A stretch of 64,000 bases of DNA from Octopus vulgaris. Taxonomy: Eukaryota. The stretch covers positions 145,762,001-145,826,000 of the forward strand of contig OX597814.1 in assembly GCA_951406725.2 (NCBI GenBank), in the 5' to 3' direction. Shown here piece after piece: positions 56,268 through 64,000 of the stretch. Position 1 is the first letter of the stretch, and the number at the start of each line of letters is the position of its first letter. A program made the position numbers and the translations under genes. The notes under the pieces are model-generated. The model saw only the letters and a program-made list of their open reading frames with translations, was not told where the DNA came from and made no database searches.

Positions 56268-56650
56268 GTTAATCCAAACATGAAAACACAACAACGCTAG
56301 GACGTGGAACAAGTATAATGTTTTTGGAGGCTCAGGAAAGGAAAGACAGAAGGAGGACACAACGTTTCGAGCGGAACTCTTCGTCAGAAACATAGGAAAA
56401 GGAAAGACCCAAAGAAGGGAAGACAGAGGAAAAAATGGTCAACGATACACTCGCGGTCACATATTGAATGACCGGAAGGGAGTGGGTGAAGAAAAAATTC
56501 TTTCAAAGACAGGAGAGTGCAAGAGAAGGAGGTATGCGTTTGTATGTGTGAGTATGTGCGTGCGCACAGGTTTGTGTGTGTGTGTGAGTGTGTATGTGTG
56601 TGTGTGTAATGATAGCACAGGTGTCTTGTGTGTGTATGGTTGTAGCTGTT
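56268..56650 (-). mobile_element. 3' end of the Neptune-like PLE family with hammerhead core at 56357-56392 and a short CA-rich tract
   Basis: Minus strand tgttt-CTGACGA-a-gag(ttccg)ctc-GAAA-cg-TT; terminus homologous to 10130-10311. Confidence 0.75.
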
Positions 56651-57178
56651 AATGATATATATATAATATATAATATGTATAGAAGTGGTAACAATTGGTT
56701 ACTGTATACGGTGTGTAATTTCTTATAGCAACACTGATTCCACGGCTCCATGCTTTGAAATGACAAAATATGAACTGCTATTATAACTTTCACACCATGT
56801 ACAGGAAACTTTTTATAACTTCTCCACCCCATTTTCTCCGAATAATCGAGCTACAACAACAATATCATTATATACTTTAGTTCTGCTTTTATTCCCTTAT
56901 CTCCCTCTATATTCCCTATCTTTTCCGCAATAATTCGAACTCAAATATTCTCTTACACCGTCTCTGATGCATACCCCAGAAACAGCTCTAAGACTATTTC
57001 ATTTTAAATGTCATAAAAACAACTCACACCTTTCGATTTGTTATCTCATTCGATCTGATATATATATATATATGCATGCTAATACAAGAACCATTGTCTA
57101 TCTATAGCACTTAGCGTTACCTGACACTCTTTGGGTTTTCTAAATACTAATATCTCTCACACCCTATATACACACACA

Positions 57179-57232
<54 letters not shown>

Positions 57233-57580
57233 TAAAAGAAAGGTAAAAAATAATTGTTGTTGCGTTGTATATTTCCTGTCACGCCTTATATTACACATAT
57301 TGCATAACCTTAGTCGGAAAATTAGCAGGGTGCAAACAAGTGACAGCAGGAAACTACAATTCAAACATTTAATATTATACCTATTAAGTTAGATGTTTTG
57401 CTAACTGCCTCATTATAACTGTTTTTAACAGCAATAATGTTTTCATATATAAATACATATATATATATATATTCGCTAACATACGTATATTGCAACCGAA
57501 AGATACATAATTAGACACAAACACACACTCTCATAAACCTCACACTCACACTTATATCATCACTTGCATGCACCCGCCCG

Positions 57581-57621
<41 letters not shown>

Positions 57622-58089
57622 AGGACGAAAAAGCGGAAATACAAATTAACATTTTTCTTTCAGTATCTGAATATTTCCTGGTGACTATTATTTTCATGAG
57701 TAATTTATATCTAACTCTACATCAAGTAGCAACCCATTCATCAATTACTCATTTTACCAGATTTCCTCTGGAGATTACATATCGTTCCTATTGTACAGAT
57801 AAATATTTCAAACAAATACCTAGGCATCATACAGCTTAATACACAGGGAAAGAACATATATGTGATATAGCACCTATAAATAATTACATATCACACAATG
57901 CATATTTTTGCTGGGTGTGTTTGAACAAAACAATCGCATTTAATAATCTCTGGAAACACCTGAGCAGATAATCGGGTATAATTCCTTACAGAAATGTTTA
58001 CTATTTCATTGAGAATGAATCACTCGAATGTGAATCAAAATATTTCGGTAAAATAAGTTTAATCATAATAATAATTAGTTCTAAAAACA

Positions 58090-58285
58090 CAAGGCCTGAA
58101 ATTTTGCGGGAGGGGACGAGTCGATTACATCGATCCAAGTGAGTAACTGGTACTTATTTCCTCGCCCCCGAAAGGATGAAAGGCAAAGTCGACCCTGGCG
58201 GATTTTGAACTTAGAAGGTAAGGACAGACGAAATGCCGCTAAGCAGTTGGTCCGGGGTGCTAGCCATTCTGCCAGCGCGCCGCCT
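58090..58285 (-). mobile_element. SINE family C
   Basis: ccccgaaaggatgaaaggcaaagtcgacc...ttctgccagcgcgccgcc. Confidence 0.8.
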
Positions 58286-58344
58286 TGAATAACTTAAATA
58301 ATAGTAATGATTATGTTTTAAATATTAATGACTTGTTTCCTTCA

Positions 58345-58680
58345 TTGGACTGCAGCCATGCACCTTATTGAAGAGATTTTGGGGTCGGACGATTCGACTT
58401 GAATACTTTGTTTTCAAAACCTGGTATATATTCAATCAATCCGTCTTGCTGACCGGTTAGGTTACAGGGACGAAGCAAACCAGAATGAACACAAAATCAT
58501 ACACTCACACACACACACACACACGCACACATACACACGCACACAAACACATATTTACATGTCATAGGCTTCTTTCAGTTTCCGTCCAATAAAAATCTAC
58601 CTACAAAGTTTGGCCGGCCCAAGGCTATAGAAGAAGATACATGCTCAATGTACCAAACAGGAGCAAACATCACACCATAG
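58345..58680 (-). mobile_element. SINE family B, degenerate
   Basis: ggcttctttcagtttccgtc..aggctatagaagaaga as in 845-915. Confidence 0.65.
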
Positions 58681-59281
58681 AGCAACGCTTGCGCTTATGC
58701 AATATTTAATAGTACCACAGGCGGTTAGTGTTCGATTTAGGGAATTGCTGGTGAGACAATGATGCGAAAAGGGTTAAAATAAAATGCAGCAAAAAGCTAG
58801 AAAAATTGTAAGACTAAGAATGAGGAAAAATTGTGAACCGGAAAGATATGGAGATGGAATGTGTCTCATAGCAATATCTATTAATATATTACACAATAAA
58901 TAGGCTGCAAACTAACTTAATATTGTACTGTGACGGCATATAGAAGTCAGAAGCGTTTCTAAGTAAGCAGACGCATTCCTGCTGTCATTTATTTGCACAC
59001 AGATAATTTTCCGACTAAGGTTGTGCTATATGTGTGTGATATAAGGCGTGGCAGGAAATATATACACACACACATACACATACACACACATATACAGTGC
59101 GCGATGAGTAAATTGTTGCCATTTTATATTTTTCATTTCCTACTTGCGCATTGTTTGATTTTGAATTTGTCGACTACACAGTATAGTAAGGTCAGCTGGG
59201 CACCGTCTGTGAGAAAAACAGCACCATGATGCAATTCACGACAGTATATTCAGTACACCCTGTATATGTGTGTGTGTGCGC

Positions 59282-59312
<31 letters not shown>

Positions 59313-60115
59313 CAAAGAGAGAGAGAGAGAGAGAGAGTGAGAGAAAGTCAGATAGAGGAACAGAGAGAACAGTATATAGCTTGTAAATTTGATGTGCTTT
59401 AATTTGAAATAGCATTAACGTGTTTATATAAATTTATTTCAAATTATATATTCATACATACAACAGAACTTACAATTTTTTTAGACATAAAAACATATGC
59501 AGAAAAGCTCTCACGACCGTTACCTCGTAATTATTTACTAAAAGATAGAGTAAGCTACTTCATATAGTAATAAGCAAATATGTGTGTGAGTGCGACTGTG
59601 CGTACATGTGCGAGCGCATGTGCGCACACCCACGCACACACATCACACATCAGGCACATATCTATATATATATATATACGCAACCACTCGCATACATATT
59701 ATATAATGGTGAATCGTAGGAAGTAATACAGGTCTCAGTGAAAGAAAACGTTTGATTGCATCATCTGATTCTGGAGCTTGGGGTTTACACAGTAATCAGT
59801 CTGCATGCTATCTTTAAAAGAACTCAGAATGACTTTTAAAATACTAACAAAATAATCTAGTAGACAGTTAAGTGGTGTCTATTTTTCTCTTTCTCTATCA
59901 CAACTATTCATAATGGTTGTCCCTCAGCTACACAGGGAAGTTAAAGCATTCATAGTAAAAATCTAGTTTTAATATATGTCTCTTTAATCTTCATATATAC
60001 CTTCTAAATAGGATATAGTGCACGCCCTAAATACACATATACACAGATGGAGAAAATATAATAATTCATGTAATGCATGTATGTATGTATCTATCTATCT
60101 ATATACACAAACACA

Positions 60116-60172
<57 letters not shown>

Positions 60173-60189
60173 ATATATATATATATATA

Positions 60190-60683
60190 CTAGCAGTATC
60201 GCCCGGCGTTGCTCGGGTTTGTAAGGGAAATAACTATATAAGCATTTTTAGAGAGTTACTTCCCTTATAGATGCCAATTCGGGCTTTCTTAGCCATTTCT
60301 GTTTTGGTGTCTTCAAGCCATGAAGTCGTTGTTCTAAAAGAACGCTGGTCTCCTTGACAACGCACTACGACGTTGATTTCTTTACACCCCCTTCCCCACA
60401 GCTTCACGAGGGAGAGAAAGGGGAGAAGCAAACAGGTGCAGCTGTGAGCGTGGACGCCAACTCCGCCGCCATCGACACACGAAAAATTATGCATTAAAAT
60501 GGAATAAAAAATGATGTTAAATTATTTTTAAAATCGTAGACTCATCGTTGACGCGCGCTAATAGCCAGACGGGCTCGATATTAATCACGACTATAAGATA
60601 CCCGAATTTGGTTAAACTGCACCGCAAAATGTGGGAGGAGTTAGGAATCTAAATCGAAGGGGACAGACACTCACACAACTAGA

Positions 60684-60690
<7 letters not shown>
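60190..60690 (-). mobile_element. Non-autonomous Helitron inserted in (TA)n
   Basis: Minus-strand 3' end cccgagcaacgccggg hairpin, 8 nt, then CTAG|T. Confidence 0.8.
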
Positions 60691-60737
<47 letters not shown>

Positions 60738-60840
60738 ATTATGTACTTGTATAATTGCGTCTATTCATATATACATACACGTATGTCTATCTGAATTAAT
60801 AAATATAAACATGCATATTATTTATGCATACATATACATA

Positions 60841-61702
60841 CGCGGTCCGATCAATAAGTACCCGGACTATTAGCCATAGGAACACTGCTAAAGCATGCAG
60901 AGAGAAGCTGCTTGGTAAAGATTGATATTGACCCCTTCTATGGACGTTCACTTTTGACGTTCTATCTCACTACTGCTGTTTACAGCAGTGTTTAGAATGA
61001 AGGTGGGTAGCGCATGTTCGCGCATTGACCATGATAGAGAAAATTATCATGGCGATACCTGCTTAGAGGCCTGCGCGATGTTGCAGAAAGCGTATGGAGA
61101 TGAATGCATGAGTCGCACCAAGTGTACGAGTGTGTCAGACGTTTCAAAAATGGCCGAAAGCATGTCGATATTGACGAAAGTTCTCAGCAGAACTGAGTAA
61201 AACATCGCAAATGTGCGGGCAGCTGTTAGGAGAAATCGTCGAATTACCATCCGGGAGTTATCAGAGGATATGCAGATTAGTTACGGTTCAGTCCAGGCCG
61301 TTATCATTCAAGATTTGGGTATGGGACGCGTCTCTGCCACGCTTATCTCCAAACCGCTTTCAGTTGACCAAAAAGACACCCGGGCTTCAGTTGCACAAGT
61401 TCTCCTGATTGTGTCGAGAACGATGAAAACTTTTTGACAACTTTGCGTAGGCCTCTGGGCATCTATCATCAAGCTTTTTTAAAGTTTGATGTAGATTCTT
61501 TGCTTAACTCTCTCTATTATGGTCAATGCTACGATCACACGCTTCACACCTTTCTTTCAAGCATTGTTCTAATCAGCTAGAACGTTAAAAAAGTATTACG
61601 TATGAACAGTAAAGTCGAATGTCAACCTGTGTCAAATGGTACTCTGCGTGCTTTAGCTTCGTTACTATGGCAACCGTCCGGATACTTATTGATGAGACCA
61701 CC
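60841..61702 (+). mobile_element. Internally deleted mariner element
   Basis: TA-flanked imperfect ~27-bp TIRs (cgcggtccgatcaataagtacccggac / gtccggatacttattgatgagaccacc); HTH fragments MLQKAYGDECMSR and NRRITIRELSE..ISYGSV. Confidence 0.85.
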
Positions 61703-63083
61703 TATATATATATACACACACACATACACATATACATATACTTGTGTGTATGTGTGCGTGCATGCACGCACTCGCTTGTGTGTGCAAATATAAGTGTGCA
61801 TATATATGTATGTATTTGAATGTGTGTATGTATCTATGTGATTATAAGCATTTATCAATCTATCGATTTTTGTATCTATGAATCATATAAAAGAACTCGG
61901 AGATAAAATTACTTCAACAGACAATCACATACATTTATCATAACTATAGTTCATGTATCCACGTCGACCACACATACACATGTCATTGTAGAAGCACACG
62001 AAAAGAAAGAAATATATTATGGAGGAAAAGGGGATTTTTAATTGTCTTCGTATAATAAATACACAAGGGACAGAACACTTAAATTATTTCCCGTATTTAT
62101 TGTGTAAATATTTAACAGCAATATATTTTCCATTAAAACTATAAATTCGGGTTGTGTTTGTTTTTTTAATTTTAAAATTATATTTCAATTCTGTGTCTTC
62201 TGCAAAAATGAAATGGAAATCTATATACATCGTATTTCCATATATATGTAATAATTTACCACAACAGATGTTACAAATTGAAACCGCCCACCTTGGCTTT
62301 TCACATAAATACGCACACATACATACACAAGCTAATACATCACAAATTTGAGTTTTACTATTTGTGTATTTACGTGTGTATATGTATGTAGATATATAAG
62401 TTTATAGATAAAGGCATTCAAGTATGTAAGTGAAAAGAGAGTGCACAATACTGAAATGAGTGTTTTATATTACATTTCATAGGCAGTTGAAAGTTTCTAA
62501 ATTTACTCCTACTTTCACGTTTCAGTACGTCGAGGTCTACGAAAAATGAAATATAAGAAATATGTTTAAACGACATATAGTGGAGATATATCAATATCTA
62601 AAGGCGTTTTCATTGGATAAGCTGGTTGTTTGTAATTGTCGTGTGCAAATTACATAAGGGGTTAGAGGGGAAATACACCTTTACGTTACAAAAGTGAAAT
62701 TGAGAAATAGTAGAGATGTAGAAGAAATTAATCCTCGTAAAATATATGTGTGTATGTATGCATGCATGTATGTCTGTATGTCTGTATGTGAAGACGTCTA
62801 TGTCTGCTCGCGACTAAATGCATACATACACATATGTAAGCATATGTAAGTATACGTTCATACATACATATATACGTACACACACACACACACACACACG
62901 TATATATATATATATATATATAGGTATATATGAATATATGTGTATATGAACAAGAGAGGTGGAGCATCAGCACTCTCTTGGTACACAATTACGGTTTCAC
63001 AGATTGGAGCAATGAAAAAAGTCGTACCTTGTTTAAGGAAGCAAATCATCGAAGGATCTTGGAATTAAATTTATGACTTATAT

Positions 63084-63260
63084 GCGTAGGAGTGGATGTG
63101 TGGTAAGTAGCTTGCTTACGAACCACATAGATCCCGGTTCAGACCCACTGCTTGGCACCTTGGGCAAGTGTCTTCTACTAGAGTCTCGGGCCAACCGAAA
63201 CCTTGTGCGTGGATTTGGAATTTGGTAGAGAGAACCTGAAAGAAGTTCGTCGTATATATG

Positions 63261-63323
<63 letters not shown>

Positions 63324-63476
63324 ATAATTGTGTGTGTGTCTGTGTTTGCCCCCCTCCCCCAACGTCGCTTGTTAAGCGATGCTGGTGTGATTACGTCCCC
63401 GTAACTTGGCGGTTCGGCAAAAGAGTACGATAGAAGAAGTATTAGACTAGCAAAGAATAAGTCCTGGAGTCGATAG
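63084..63476 (+). mobile_element. SINE family B
   Basis: gcgtaggagtggatgtgtggtaagtagcttgcttac...ggcaccttgggcaagtgtcttctact. Confidence 0.82.
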
Positions 63477-64000
63477 ACAAATAGTAGGAAGGTAGGTAGG
63501 TAGGTAGGTAGGTAGGTAGGTAGGTAAGTAGGTAGGTAAGTAGGTAGCCAGGTTGCTAGGTAGATAGGCAGGCACGTAGGTTGGTATGAATATGAGGCAA
63601 GAGTTTAGCACGTCTTTACTGACTTGTTCCAATTGTTTCAGAAACACTCTGTTACTGACGCCATAACACGATAAAGTTGCATGTGAAATGTCACGTCATT
63701 TTAGCAGTTTTGTACATTTATACGTAAGACTGCTAATATTACATAATTTTTTCACACAGACACACATACACGCGCGAACGCAGAAACGAACATAAACTCA
63801 TATATTTAGAAAGAGATAAGTAGATAATTGGTTTATAGAACTAGAAGGAATTATACTCAAATCTTAATACATCAGGGGTTACTGACTGAAGGTGCATGTA
63901 AATCAGTCAGTAGCTATAATAGCATTCTTTTCTTCTACCTACCTCGCTATTTGTATTGCTTTTCGTTCATTACTCGATCTGTTCTGAGGGAAATATATCC

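Noticed and set aside
56958-56996. gtct-CTGATGC...GAAA-cagctc-TA-agac
   Set aside because: Probably a decayed hammerhead, but stem II is missing and the core is mutated, so not called

Overview
AT-rich, microsatellite-saturated eukaryotic DNA. The SINE families and (TA)n/(TACA)n/(CA)n load look like an octopus/cephalopod genome; this is inferred from recall, not from a search. No host protein-coding exon could be supported, and almost every short ORF in the track is a translated microsatellite or an antisense shadow. The window is a transposon graveyard: tRNA-derived SINEs, a decayed AcademX-like (XPG nuclease) DNA transposon, Tc1/mariner relics (one DD41D), two non-autonomous Helitrons, an R4/Dong-type LINE and RTE fragments. 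The dominant theme is Penelope-like elements (PLEs). One apparently intact, young PLE (42991-47162, minus strand, 895-aa RT + GIY-YIG ORF) has a direct-repeat pseudo-LTR and a 5' inversion. Many truncated PLE ends sit in (TA)n tracts, often as fold-back palindromes. About a dozen minimal type-I hammerhead ribozyme motifs were read by eye, including covarying copies from three sister subfamilies and a U3-A8 core variant. A conserved post-ribozyme RNA module pairs with the leader 4 nt upstream of the RT start codon. All alignments and folds were done by eye, so repeat boundaries are approximate.
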